Positions 1 through 8,812 of a stretch of DNA of 32,909 nucleotides are shown here, one piece after another. The notes under the pieces were generated by a model. The model was not told where the DNA came from. It was given only the letters and a program-made list of their open reading frames with translations, and did no database searches. Origin of the DNA: Flavobacteriaceae bacterium (lineage in GTDB: Bacteria > Bacteroidota > Bacteroidia > Flavobacteriales > Flavobacteriaceae); assembly GCA_038124405.1 (NCBI GenBank), contig JAYPBW010000002.1:2185-35093 (forward strand), in the 5' to 3' direction. The translations under genes were made by a program, and so were the position numbers. The first letter of the stretch is position 1, and every line of letters begins with the position of its first letter.

Positions 1-45
1 GAGTAGTGTTTATCGATTGATCAACAAGCAATAGGGTAAAGATAA

Positions 46-819
46 TTAATCCAGAATGGAAAATTGTCGGCTGCTGGGATCAAATTGAACGACATTGCTG
101 TCAAATAATTCGGCAATTACTCCCGAATCTGTTAGCTGATCTGGTGTGCCCGTGATCACATGGCCCGGAGTTACACAGATGATGTTATCCGCCATTTTTA
201 ATGCCATTGAAATGTCGTGGGTGGAAAAAATTACGCCTTTATTGTGTTGTTTTGAAAGGTTTTTTAGCAGCATCACGGTTTGGGCTTTATGGGCTAAATC
301 TAAATGCGTGGTGGGCTCGTCTAAAAGAATAAAGGCAGTGTCTTGAGCCAGTGCTCTTGCGATAGAAACCCTTTGACGCTGTCCATCACTCAGCATTCCG
401 CATTTTTGATCCATCAAGGAATCGAGTTGCGTGGCTTTTATGGCTCGGGTGATGATCTGCTGATCTGCAGCGTTTATTTTTCCCAGCCAGTTCGTGTAAG
501 GGAATCGACCGAGTTCAACAAATTCCCGCACACTTAAATGATCGGAGTATTCTTTTTTTGTCAAAACAATGGCCAGTAGTTTTGCTCTTTGTGATGGGGT
601 CAGATTTTTAAATGAATGCCCCAACAAACTGATGGAACCATCCAGTGGGCTCAACTGTCCTGCCAAAGTATTAAGCAGGGTCGACTTACCAGCGCCATTG
701 GGTCCAATGATGGCGGTCAGCTGATTTTGACCAATACTGAAATTAACCCGATCGGCTAAAATATTCTTTTGCCCTCGGTCACTCAGATACCCTATGGTTA
801 AATTTTCAACGTTTAGCAC
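46..819 (-). CDS. ABC transporter ATP-binding protein, iron-chelate/cobalamin (FecE/BtuD-like) type
   Basis: Walker A GPNGAGKST, ABC signature LSDGQRQR and Walker B ILLDEPTTHLD are present. The GTG start lies 3 nt after the stop of the upstream permease gene. Confidence 0.9.
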   Translation of the reverse strand: MLNVENLTIGYLSDRGQKNILADRVNFSIGQNQLTAIIGPNGAGKSTLLNTLAGQLSPLDGSISLLGHSFKNLTPSQRAKLLAIVLTKKEYSDHLSVREFVELGRFPYTNWLGKINAADQQIITRAIKATQLDSLMDQKCGMLSDGQRQRVSIARALAQDTAFILLDEPTTHLDLAHKAQTVMLLKNLSKQHNKGVIFSTHDISMALKMADNIICVTPGHVITGTPDQLTDSGVIAELFDSNVVQFDPSSRQFSILD

Positions 820-822
820 GAC

Positions 823-1854
823 TCAAAACATTAGGTTTTTCTTTTTTATTAAAATCCAAATGACCACAGGTGCTCCTAAAATTGATGTAACTGCATTAAT
901 CGGTAAAGTAAGCGCGCTAAATGGAATCTGGGAAACAGCATCGCACAGCAGCATAATGATGCTTCCCCACAAAAAACTGGCAGGCACCATAATTCTATGA
1001 TCAGGGGTCCGTATGATTTGACGGACCAAATGGGGCACCGCCAACCCTACAAAAGCAATGGGACCCGCAAATGCTGTAATGCCGCCGGCCAAAACACTTG
1101 TGGAAAGAACAATCAATAAGGTGCTTTGTTTAACAGAAACACCCAGGCTAGCCGCATAGCCAGGACCCAAGAGCATGGCGTTCATCACTTTAATGCCGCG
1201 AATGGCTAAAATTAGCCCTAAAAGGCAACAGAACAACAAAATCAAAATACCCGTCCAGCTCAAATGACCTAAACCGCCAAAGGACCAAAAAATAAATCTT
1301 TGTAAGGCCTCTGCACGGCTGAAGTAGCTCAACACGCTCACAACAGCACCAGTAAGGCTGCCGAACATAAGCCCTATGATTAACAAGGTCATGGGGTCTT
1401 TAATCTTATTTGCAGCACCTACAACGGCCAATAAGACCAAAAAACTTCCTCCAGCTGAAGCCAGTACCATGGCCCATGGACCAGTCAACACGCTAGCACT
1501 CAAACCGGTAATTAGGCCTGACCCAAGAACTAAAAAAGCCACCCCTAGGCTTGCGCCGCTGCTAATCCCCAAGACAAATGGTCCGGCCAGCGGATTGCGA
1601 AAGAGCGTCTGCATGAGTAATCCTGACACAGACAAACCACCACCTACTAAAATGGCAGTTGTTGCCTTTGGTATGCGATAGTCGTTTACAATGAATAGCC
1701 AGGATTCTTCAAGAGGGTAATCCGTAAATAGACCGCTGAGGATCGATCCAAAAGGGATGTAAACCGAGCCCAAGCTCAGATTGACCAAAAATGCTAACGG
1801 CAATAAAATCAACGGCCACAGTAATTTAGACTTAAGGTAGGTCTTAGCATTCAC
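823..1854 (-). CDS. FecCD/BtuC-family ABC transporter permease
   Basis: 343-aa polytopic membrane protein with the typical FecCD layout and Gly-rich helices. It sits between the binding protein and the ATPase. Its GTG start overlaps the TGA stop of the upstream gene (GTGA). Confidence 0.88.
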   Translation of the reverse strand: MNAKTYLKSKLLWPLILLPLAFLVNLSLGSVYIPFGSILSGLFTDYPLEESWLFIVNDYRIPKATTAILVGGGLSVSGLLMQTLFRNPLAGPFVLGISSGASLGVAFLVLGSGLITGLSASVLTGPWAMVLASAGGSFLVLLAVVGAANKIKDPMTLLIIGLMFGSLTGAVVSVLSYFSRAEALQRFIFWSFGGLGHLSWTGILILLFCCLLGLILAIRGIKVMNAMLLGPGYAASLGVSVKQSTLLIVLSTSVLAGGITAFAGPIAFVGLAVPHLVRQIIRTPDHRIMVPASFLWGSIIMLLCDAVSQIPFSALTLPINAVTSILGAPVVIWILIKKKNLMF

Positions 1855-2990
1855 GGTTCAAGTGGTTTAAAAAAGTTGGTCTCATACCCTTGTTCCATGA
1901 GCTCAGGGTGTAAGATGCTGATAAGATCTGATAGAACCCAATCTGGACGCATCGCCGCTAACTCATAGTATAAAAGCCCCCCTGTCGGACCTTTGGTTTT
2001 GCTAAAGGTATAAATCTCTTTGCGTTTAAAGGGAGGAAATTCAGCATAAACAGGACTGCTTTGGGTCATTTGATTGTAGGAGGTGAATTGACCGGGTCCG
2101 ATCCAGAACTGGGCAGTCTGAGCAAGGCTCAAAATTTGCTCGATGTTCCATTGAAGGCTTCCTGTACCTTGGGTTGATTTCCAGATGTAGTCGCCGTTGG
2201 CGTCTTCAATGAATTTGGCGGCCCAACTGTTTCCTTTGGGAGCGTACCAGACATCCTTATACAAGGCTCCGCTAATGACTTTAGGCTGCGTTTTAGCCCC
2301 TGCAGCCACATCTTTTAACTTAACGTATTCAGACTCGATCTGCCGAAATATGGAGTCCGCCTTGTGTTTTTGATTGAAAAGGGCGCCAAAAACTTTAATC
2401 CATTCGGCCTTGCCCAGCGGATGTTGCTCGGTCCAGTCTCCATTATAAATGATTGGAATTCCGGCATCACTAACTTTATCTAAGCCATTCTGGGTTTGGT
2501 CAATGGCAAAGGTCATTAGAAGGTCAGGACGTCTTTGAATGAGCAACTCAATATTCAAGGATTCATTTTGCCCCAGCTCCTGGACTAATCCGTCATTAAT
2601 GCGCCCTCGCGTGGCAAGAGAGGAGATGTAATCGAGATTGGGAAAGCCCACCAGTGCGTCAGTCTTACCCAGCATCTCCAGGGCTGGTATATGGGTGGTG
2701 GATGTCGCTACGATGGTCTCTATAGGCACCTCAATGATTTGATCAAACCCTTCTGTATGAAACTCTTTTGTGTTTTTTGATACCAAAGCAATTCGATGAA
2801 GCGTAGACCCGTTTTGGGGATCGCGCAACTCCAGAATTTGAATGCTGTCGCGGTCCATTAAATAAAATCCTTTGGCATAATGTGCCTGGTCGTCTGCATT
2901 CAATTGTAGTGTTTCACTCGACGGTACCTCACCACATGAGGACAGCGCGATAAAACACCAGATCACACTCAAAAAATAGCTCAATCGCAT
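1851..2990 (-). CDS. ABC transporter periplasmic substrate-binding lipoprotein (BtuF/FhuD-like, cobalamin/iron-chelate class)
   Basis: Lipoprotein signal MRLSYFLSVIWCFIALSSCG. It is the first gene of the binding protein-permease-ATPase operon. I prefer the ATG at 2990; the ORF track uses an in-frame TTG at 2996. Confidence 0.8.
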   Translation of the reverse strand: MRLSYFLSVIWCFIALSSCGEVPSSETLQLNADDQAHYAKGFYLMDRDSIQILELRDPQNGSTLHRIALVSKNTKEFHTEGFDQIIEVPIETIVATSTTHIPALEMLGKTDALVGFPNLDYISSLATRGRINDGLVQELGQNESLNIELLIQRRPDLLMTFAIDQTQNGLDKVSDAGIPIIYNGDWTEQHPLGKAEWIKVFGALFNQKHKADSIFRQIESEYVKLKDVAAGAKTQPKVISGALYKDVWYAPKGNSWAAKFIEDANGDYIWKSTQGTGSLQWNIEQILSLAQTAQFWIGPGQFTSYNQMTQSSPVYAEFPPFKRKEIYTFSKTKGPTGGLLYYELAAMRPDWVLSDLISILHPELMEQGYETNFFKPLEP

Positions 2991-2993
2991 GAT

Positions 2994-3001
2994 CAAAAAT
3001 A
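2994..3001 (-). promoter_or_regulatory. Candidate Bacteroidota -7 promoter box (TATTTTTG) for the btuFCD-like operon
   Basis: The minus strand reads TATTTTTG-ATC-ATG, matching the TAnnTTTG consensus described for Bacteroidetes sigma-A promoters. It lies only 3 nt from the ATG at 2990. Confidence 0.4.
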
Positions 3002-3035
3002 ACAGAAATAATACGGTCGGTGGGCAGTTTTACTG

Positions 3036-3043
3036 TATTTTTG
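3036..3043 (+). promoter_or_regulatory. Candidate -7 promoter box (TATTTTTG) driving the cobalamin riboswitch / btuB transcript
   Basis: Exact TAnnTTTG match. The predicted transcription start, about 5-7 nt downstream, coincides with the first base of riboswitch helix P1 (3049). Confidence 0.5.
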
Positions 3044-3048
3044 GATTG

Positions 3049-3217
3049 TCTTTGGTTTTTTTCAATCATTGAGAGAATTAAAAGGGAATTTGGTGCAATT
3101 CCAGAACTGTTCCCGCAACTGTAAGCCGTCCTTGTAAAAGGGCCGTCACATACTTCAACCACTGTGCTTGTCATGGGAAGGGTGGCGTAACGGGTAAGTC
3201 AGGAGACCTGCCAAAGA
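3049..3217 (+). promoter_or_regulatory. Cobalamin (adenosylcobalamin/B12) riboswitch aptamer
   Basis: Closing helix P1 pairs TCTTTGG (3049-3055) with CCAAAGA (3211-3217). Conserved core strings are present: AAAAGGGAA, GGTGCAATTCC, CTGTTCCCGCAACTGTAA, CCACTG...GGGAAGG, and the B12 box AGTCAGGAGACCTGCC (3198-3213). It lies directly upstream of a TonB-dependent receptor gene. Confidence 0.9.
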
Positions 3218-3318
3218 ATAACAAACGTCCAACTTTCGGGATAAAGGTTTGGGGGTAAGGATCTGGCTTTAAAGCCCAGACTCGTGCATCCATATTGTTC
3301 CGATCAACACGATTGATC

Positions 3319-5289
3319 ATGATTAAACCAAAGAGCGTTGTGCTCGTTTTGGCTACTTTTACTGGCCTTGCTTCAGGTGCTTTAGCTCAAAATTTAAATG
3401 ATTCCTCCAAGCAGAATGATTCTTTAATGACCAAAAGAGACTCGCTGAGTACGGTTCATTTGACCACTAAAATTTTGTCCAAAGGGACTACCTCTTCAGA
3501 TCGTATAATTTCAATCGACCAACAGGTTCTCAAGTCATTTGCTGGTCAATCTTTAGCTTCAGTACTCAATCAAATTGGTGGCATCGAGGTAAACGGAGCC
3601 ACCGGTCATCCCGGTCAAAACTCAGGGCTTTACGTGCGGGGAGGAAATAACCGACAAGTCCTGCTTATGATCGATGGGGCCGTAGTCAATGACCCCTCAA
3701 GCATTGCCACTGATTTTGATTTACGACTTTTAGCCATCAATCAAATTGAGTCTATAGATGTGATTAAAGGTCCGTCCAGTGTGCTTTATGGCTCTGGAGC
3801 AGCTACAGCGGTTATTTACATCAAAACTAAGGCACATAAAGACCAAGGTATCTCGGTGAATTTGGAGCAAGTCTTGGGCACCAATCGAGGGCCTAATGAT
3901 GATCCATTGTCGGGTATTTCAAGGCACTCTATGCTACGGGTCGCTGCGCGACAGGGTGCATGGGTCTTTCAGGCTCAAGCTTCAGGAAGATTCACTGATG
4001 GTCTCTCTGCTGTCACTGCTCAAGATGGGGAAGCTGCGTTAAACCCCGATGAGTTTTCACAAACCAACGGTCGCTTCCTCATTAAATATAACCCTAGTGA
4101 AAAATGGTCCATGGAGCAATTCGTGGCCTACGATTTTATTCGTCAAGATTATGATCGATTTGATTACCGTGATGCGCCTTTTCAAAGCACGTCTACCCTC
4201 TGGCGCACCGGCGGGAGTTTTTACTATAACGGAAGGAGCTCCAAGTATGAATTTCACGATCAGTGGTCTCAAACCGAAAGAGTAATCAATAGTGATTTTC
4301 CAGCCGTATACAAAGGATTAAACTACAATGCAGATCAATTCATAACCACTAAATGGAGCGATCAACTCGGGACGGTCATTGGGACTCAGGGCGGTTGGTC
4401 CGCTATGGATTTGGCCCAGGCTTTTGGTCCAAACCTTCCTTTGAGCACCTCGCTAAGACCGGCAGATAGTCGCGTCTATTTTCTGGACCCTTATTTGAAT
4501 ACCCAATGGAACTGGAAAGAACAGTGGCAGATTGATGCCGGATTCCGTTGGCATCACCATCAGACCTATGGAAATCAATTGGTTTATCAATTGGGTGGAA
4601 GTTATGCTTGGAAAAGTGCTCAAAGTCAATGGGAGATTTTTGCCAAGCACGGTACATCATTCATTGCGCCATCACTTTATCAGCAATTTGACCCCATTTA
4701 CGGCAACACCGACTTGTTGCCAGAATTTAATCGCACCAATGAATTTGGAGTCGAATGGCGTTTTTCTGGTCAAAAAATATCGATACAATATTTTGATCGT
4801 CTTGAGGAACAAGCGGTATCGTTTCTGTTGATCGATCCTGAACAATTTGTTTATCAGTACGCCAATAACGAATCCTTGCAGAAAAGAAGAGGGTTGGAGG
4901 CCGGTGTCATTCTAAAAATGAGCCAGCAGGCTAATTTAACAGGGCACTATACCTACATTCACTCTCCTGATAACGATCTCTTGCGCATACCACCCCACAA
5001 ATTCAACATTAATGCCAATTACACCCTAAGTACTGAGGAATCCATCGGGATCCGTTGGACCTGGTCCGATGCCAGAATGGATCAATTTTTTAATGCCAAT
5101 ACTTTTGAAACGGAGTCGGTCTCCTTGCCGTCCTACCATTGGTTAGAGGGCGTTTATCAATGCCAGTTGTCTCCCAATATGAGCGGGGTTTTAGCCATTA
5201 CAAATCTGTTGAATCAAAGCGCAATTCCAATTTACGGTTATGCATCTCAGGGAAGAAATGTCAGATTATCGCTCCGTTGGGATTTTTGA
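3319..5289 (+). CDS. btuB: TonB-dependent outer-membrane receptor, BtuB-like (vitamin B12/cobalamin transporter)
   Basis: Signal peptide MIKPKSVVLVLATFTGLASGALAQ, plug-domain motifs (IEVNGATGHPGQ, YVRGG, IDGAVVND, IDVIKGPSSVLYGSGA) and a C-terminal ...LRWDF with terminal Phe. It is controlled by the cobalamin riboswitch. I prefer the ATG at 3319; the ORF track starts at TTG 3295. Confidence 0.85.
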   Translation: MIKPKSVVLVLATFTGLASGALAQNLNDSSKQNDSLMTKRDSLSTVHLTTKILSKGTTSSDRIISIDQQVLKSFAGQSLASVLNQIGGIEVNGATGHPGQNSGLYVRGGNNRQVLLMIDGAVVNDPSSIATDFDLRLLAINQIESIDVIKGPSSVLYGSGAATAVIYIKTKAHKDQGISVNLEQVLGTNRGPNDDPLSGISRHSMLRVAARQGAWVFQAQASGRFTDGLSAVTAQDGEAALNPDEFSQTNGRFLIKYNPSEKWSMEQFVAYDFIRQDYDRFDYRDAPFQSTSTLWRTGGSFYYNGRSSKYEFHDQWSQTERVINSDFPAVYKGLNYNADQFITTKWSDQLGTVIGTQGGWSAMDLAQAFGPNLPLSTSLRPADSRVYFLDPYLNTQWNWKEQWQIDAGFRWHHHQTYGNQLVYQLGGSYAWKSAQSQWEIFAKHGTSFIAPSLYQQFDPIYGNTDLLPEFNRTNEFGVEWRFSGQKISIQYFDRLEEQAVSFLLIDPEQFVYQYANNESLQKRRGLEAGVILKMSQQANLTGHYTYIHSPDNDLLRIPPHKFNINANYTLSTEESIGIRWTWSDARMDQFFNANTFETESVSLPSYHWLEGVYQCQLSPNMSGVLAITNLLNQSAIPIYGYASQGRNVRLSLRWDF

Positions 5290-5432
5290 TCTTGGTGCTG
5301 TTCGCATGAGCGATTCAGTGGATGGAATTAATTTAATGAATAATGAACATTTATCGAGCCCCAATCTTAATAACTTTTCTGTTCTAGTGACTTGAAAGTA
5401 CTTATTTTAGTGCCTTCAATAAACACCAAATC

Positions 5433-6392
5433 ATGTCCACGAATACAGAAATAGAACACATCAAATGTTTGATTATTGGATCCGGTCCAGCAGGCTATAC
5501 GGCAGCTATTTACGCCTCAAGAGCAGATTTGCACCCGGTTTTATACACTGGTCTCGAGCCGGGGGGTCAGTTGACCACAACCACCGAAGTGGATAATTTT
5601 CCCGGTTATCCGGAGGGTGTTGATGGGCCGTCTATGATGGTTCAATTGCAGCAACAAGCCGAGCGTTTCGGTACCGATGTGCGTATTGGAATGGCAACTG
5701 CAGTTGATTTTTCTAATGAAATTGGAGGTGTTCATCGAGTTACGATAGATAACAAAGACGAAATTCTTGCAGATACGGTAATCATTTCAACTGGAGCGAC
5801 TGCAAAATATTTAGGTCTTCCAAGCGAACAACGTCTTCGAGGCGGAGGTGTGTCAGCTTGTGCTGTTTGTGATGGATTTTTCTACAAAGGACAAGATGTA
5901 GCTATTGTTGGTGGCGGAGATACCGCAGCAGAGGAAGCTACATATCTCGCCAATATTTGCAATAAAGTGACCATGTTAGTTCGAAAAGATCACATGCGCG
6001 CCTCAAAGGCTATGCAACACCGTGTAACATCTACAGCTAATATTGATTTACGCTATAACACCGAGATTGATGAAGTGTTGGGCGAGCAGGTTGTAGAGGG
6101 ACTTACAATGGTAAACAATAAATCAGGCGAAAAAGAAACCATTTCTATTACAGGCTTATTTATCGCCATTGGGCATAAGCCTAACACAGATATTTTTAAA
6201 GGCCAACTCGACATGGATGACGCTGGATATTTAATTACCACAGGAAAATCAACTAAAACAAATATACCTGGAGTATTTGCTTCTGGAGACGTTCAAGATA
6301 AAGAATACCGACAAGCTGTTACTGCTGCGGGTACAGGATGTATGGCTGCCTTAGACGCAGAACGCTATTTAGCAGAAGTTGAATCTGTATAA
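5433..6392 (+). CDS. trxB: Thioredoxin-disulfide reductase
   Basis: FAD motif IIGSGPAGYTAA, redox-active CAVCDG, NADPH motif VGGGDTAAEEA and C-terminal GDV...RQAVTAAGTGCMAALDAERYL. Confidence 0.95.
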   Translation: MSTNTEIEHIKCLIIGSGPAGYTAAIYASRADLHPVLYTGLEPGGQLTTTTEVDNFPGYPEGVDGPSMMVQLQQQAERFGTDVRIGMATAVDFSNEIGGVHRVTIDNKDEILADTVIISTGATAKYLGLPSEQRLRGGGVSACAVCDGFFYKGQDVAIVGGGDTAAEEATYLANICNKVTMLVRKDHMRASKAMQHRVTSTANIDLRYNTEIDEVLGEQVVEGLTMVNNKSGEKETISITGLFIAIGHKPNTDIFKGQLDMDDAGYLITTGKSTKTNIPGVFASGDVQDKEYRQAVTAAGTGCMAALDAERYLAEVESV

Positions 6393-6404
6393 ATTTTGTA
6401 GTAG

Positions 6405-6854
6405 ATGAAAATTACCCCTCGTTCTATCAAGTGGTACACCTTGCTCAAGTTGCCTTCTGCATATTTAACAGGGGTTCGTGTACGAGCTATAGAGGGTGAT
6501 TCTTGTTTGGTAAACGTGCGTTTGAAATGGTTAAATCAGAACCCATTTCGTTCTATGTTTTGGGCTGTACAAGGAATGGCTGCTGAACTTTCTACAGGTG
6601 TTTTGTTGATGAAGTCTCTTCAAGACAATAATACAAAAGCTTCGATGTTGGTAATTGAAAGTAAGTCCACATTTTCTAAAAAAGCAGTTGGGACTATCCG
6701 TTTCCAATGCATTCAAGGGAAAGAAATTACAGATGTTATAAAAAAAGCGGCAAATGGACCGCAACAGCTTTGGCTTCACGCAAAAGGAATTGATGAAATA
6801 GGTGATGAAGTATCCTCCTTCTCCTTTTTGTGGTCTGTTAAGATTAAAAATTAA
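6405..6854 (+). CDS. Hypothetical protein, DUF4442-like (probable hotdog-fold/thioesterase-like)
   Basis: 149-aa ORF placed 12 nt after trxB. Its size and N-terminal pattern resemble DUF4442 proteins as I remember them. No catalytic motif was verified. Confidence 0.5.
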   Translation: MKITPRSIKWYTLLKLPSAYLTGVRVRAIEGDSCLVNVRLKWLNQNPFRSMFWAVQGMAAELSTGVLLMKSLQDNNTKASMLVIESKSTFSKKAVGTIRFQCIQGKEITDVIKKAANGPQQLWLHAKGIDEIGDEVSSFSFLWSVKIKN

Positions 6855-6913
6855 CATTTCTACAACACATTTGCATCTTCTAAATTTGTTTTTTTGTTAC
6901 AAACTAACCAAGC

Positions 6914-7090
6914 ATGTCAACCAAATTAAACCTCTCTTATTTTAAAACGGTTTTATCTAAGATTTACAGGTATCCAACACTGCTGAATAAAGAGCTTGGA
7001 AAAGCAAAAAAGCACTTGAGTTCTTATGAATATAAGAGTCTGAAATCATGGCTTTCCAAAAAAGAGACCTCTAGTTTGACTTTGGACTAA
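6914..7090 (+). CDS. Candidate small basic protein (58 aa), unannotated in the ORF track
   Basis: ATG at 6914 to TAA at 7088-7090 encodes MSTKLNLSYFKTVLSKIYRYPTLLNKELGKAKKHLSSYEYKSLKSWLSKKETSSLTLD. An exact TAnnTTTG box (TAAATTTG, 6881-6888) lies 25 nt upstream. The ORF overlaps the 3' end of convergent oxyR by 20 nt. Confidence 0.3.
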   Translation: MSTKLNLSYFKTVLSKIYRYPTLLNKELGKAKKHLSSYEYKSLKSWLSKKETSSLTLD

Positions 7091-8006
7091 TAATTTTTAC
7101 ATCGTCATATACTATTGCGCCTCTAACAATGGCACGTATTTTATCATGAAGCGCATTTATAATGTGGAGCTTAAGACCTCTTTTGTGATAAATTACACTC
7201 ACTTCTCTAGCGGGCTCGGGTGCATTAAAAGATTTTAAATTTTGCTGTAATTCCGACCCTATTTGTCGGGCATTTAAATAAGGAAGTAGCGTAATTCCCA
7301 ATCCTTCGTTTGCCAATTTTACGAGGGTTTCAAAACTTCCACTTTTTATTTCAAAAGCAGCGGGTGAATCATGTTTTAGCTTACATATATTCAATGCCGA
7401 ATCTCTAAAACAATGTCCATCTTGAAGCAGTAAAATACGTTCTGTTTTTAGCATTTCTGTAGCCACTGTTTTTTGCTGATGCAATTTTGAGTGTAGGGGT
7501 ACATAAACCATAAACGGCTCATAATAGAGGGGTTTTTCGATAATCTCGTCAAAGCCAATTGGTGTAGCTGCAATACCTGCATCTAGGGTGCCTTTTTCTA
7601 AATGTTCAATTATTTGTTGTGTTGGCATTTCCTCAATTTCAAGAGTTAATTGAGGATAGGCTTTTAACATAGTTTGTAAAAACATAGGTAGTAATGTTGG
7701 CATTATTGTCGGAATTATTCCAAGTTTAAAAACACCACCAATAGTCCCTTTTTCTTGATCTACCACATCTAACATTCGTTCAGATTCAGCAACGATTTGT
7801 TTTGCCTGTTCAATAATTTTTTCTCCCACAGTTGTTAATCTAATGGGTTTTTGTGTTCGGTCAAATATTTGGATATCAAGCTCTTGTTCTAGCTTTTGTA
7901 TTTGCATGCTTAATGTTGGTTGAGTAACAAATGCATGTTCGGCTGCAGCAGTAAAATTTTGATATTCGGCAACAGCGATACAATATTTAAGTTGAGTTAT
8001 CGTCAT
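7071..8006 (-). CDS. oxyR: LysR-family hydrogen-peroxide-sensing transcriptional regulator OxyR
   Basis: N-terminal LysR helix-turn-helix (FTAAAEHAFVTQPTLSMQIQKLE). The string LLQDGHCFRDSALNIC carries both redox cysteines, equivalent to E. coli OxyR C199/C208 (GHCLRDQAMGFC). Confidence 0.9.
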   Translation of the reverse strand: MTITQLKYCIAVAEYQNFTAAAEHAFVTQPTLSMQIQKLEQELDIQIFDRTQKPIRLTTVGEKIIEQAKQIVAESERMLDVVDQEKGTIGGVFKLGIIPTIMPTLLPMFLQTMLKAYPQLTLEIEEMPTQQIIEHLEKGTLDAGIAATPIGFDEIIEKPLYYEPFMVYVPLHSKLHQQKTVATEMLKTERILLLQDGHCFRDSALNICKLKHDSPAAFEIKSGSFETLVKLANEGLGITLLPYLNARQIGSELQQNLKSFNAPEPAREVSVIYHKRGLKLHIINALHDKIRAIVRGAIVYDDVKIISPKSN

Positions 8007-8716
8007 TGTTTGTTATTTAAAATAGTTACACGCATTCGCATGTTGGTTAGCGGCCATTCTCGTTTATCAATTGGAAGCGCATTAATTGCATCAACAACTT
8101 CCATACCGCGAATTACTTTTCCAAAAACGGTATAGTTTCCATCTAAATGATAGGCACCGGGAAATTGCTGAACAATAAAAAATTCGTAGGGAGATGCGAG
8201 TTTATGCGGATTTTCAATTTCACTGCTTGGCATTGACAATACTCCCCGATGATGTTTTAGTCCTTTTTTAGTATCCGGCGGAAGTAAATATTTTCCAATT
8301 TTTCTACGTTTCTGTCCTGTATCCACATTATCTGAATTTCCACCTTGAATAATAAAATTGGGAACCACACGGTGAAAATAGGTGCCATCAAAATATTTTT
8401 GTTTGGTCAAAAAAATGAAGTTGGCTCTGTGATAAGGAGTTTGCTCAAAAAGCAGTACATCAAAACTACCTAAAGGTGTTTCTATCTGTACCTTGTTTTC
8501 TTGGTTATTCCGACCAAATTGTTGTAAAAATGGGATGGCAGTTGCCGAAGTTAGTGGAGTTAAAGTATCTTTTTTCACAACTTCTTTTTTTGGTGTTGCT
8601 GTGATAGGTGTTTCAATTGGTTTTGAAGTTTTTTTGGGATTATTCGAAGAATTACATGAGGAAAAACTTCCTAAACACAACAAAACAAATAAGTACGTCA
8701 AGTAATAACGATGCAT
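8003..8716 (-). CDS. Cyclophilin-type peptidyl-prolyl cis-trans isomerase, lipoprotein
   Basis: Lipobox LLCLGSFSSC and cyclophilin core FHRVVPNFIIQGG ... YTVFGKV. Its stop overlaps the oxyR start (ATGA at 8003-8006). Confidence 0.88.
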   Translation of the reverse strand: MHRYYLTYLFVLLCLGSFSSCNSSNNPKKTSKPIETPITATPKKEVVKKDTLTPLTSATAIPFLQQFGRNNQENKVQIETPLGSFDVLLFEQTPYHRANFIFLTKQKYFDGTYFHRVVPNFIIQGGNSDNVDTGQKRRKIGKYLLPPDTKKGLKHHRGVLSMPSSEIENPHKLASPYEFFIVQQFPGAYHLDGNYTVFGKVIRGMEVVDAINALPIDKREWPLTNMRMRVTILNNKQ

Positions 8717-8784
8717 GCCCTAAAGGTACAGGTTTTCTCTTTTTATCTCTTCAGAATTACAAGTCTCAATTTCATCGCCTTTTG

Positions 8785-8792
8785 TATTTTTG
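8785..8792 (+). promoter_or_regulatory. Candidate -7 promoter box (TATTTTTG) for the acyltransferase gene
   Basis: Exact TAnnTTTG match within TTGTATTTTTG, 20 nt upstream of the only available start codon (TTG 8813). Confidence 0.4.
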
Positions 8793-8812
8793 CTAAATCT
8801 AAAATCTGATCG

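Noticed and set aside
2929-3174. 81-aa minus-strand ORF spanning the btuF-like start region and the intergenic region.
   Set aside because: It lies antisense to the cobalamin riboswitch aptamer and overlaps the signal-peptide codons of the btuF-like gene. It has no recognisable motif, and the riboswitch explains the conservation-like structure.
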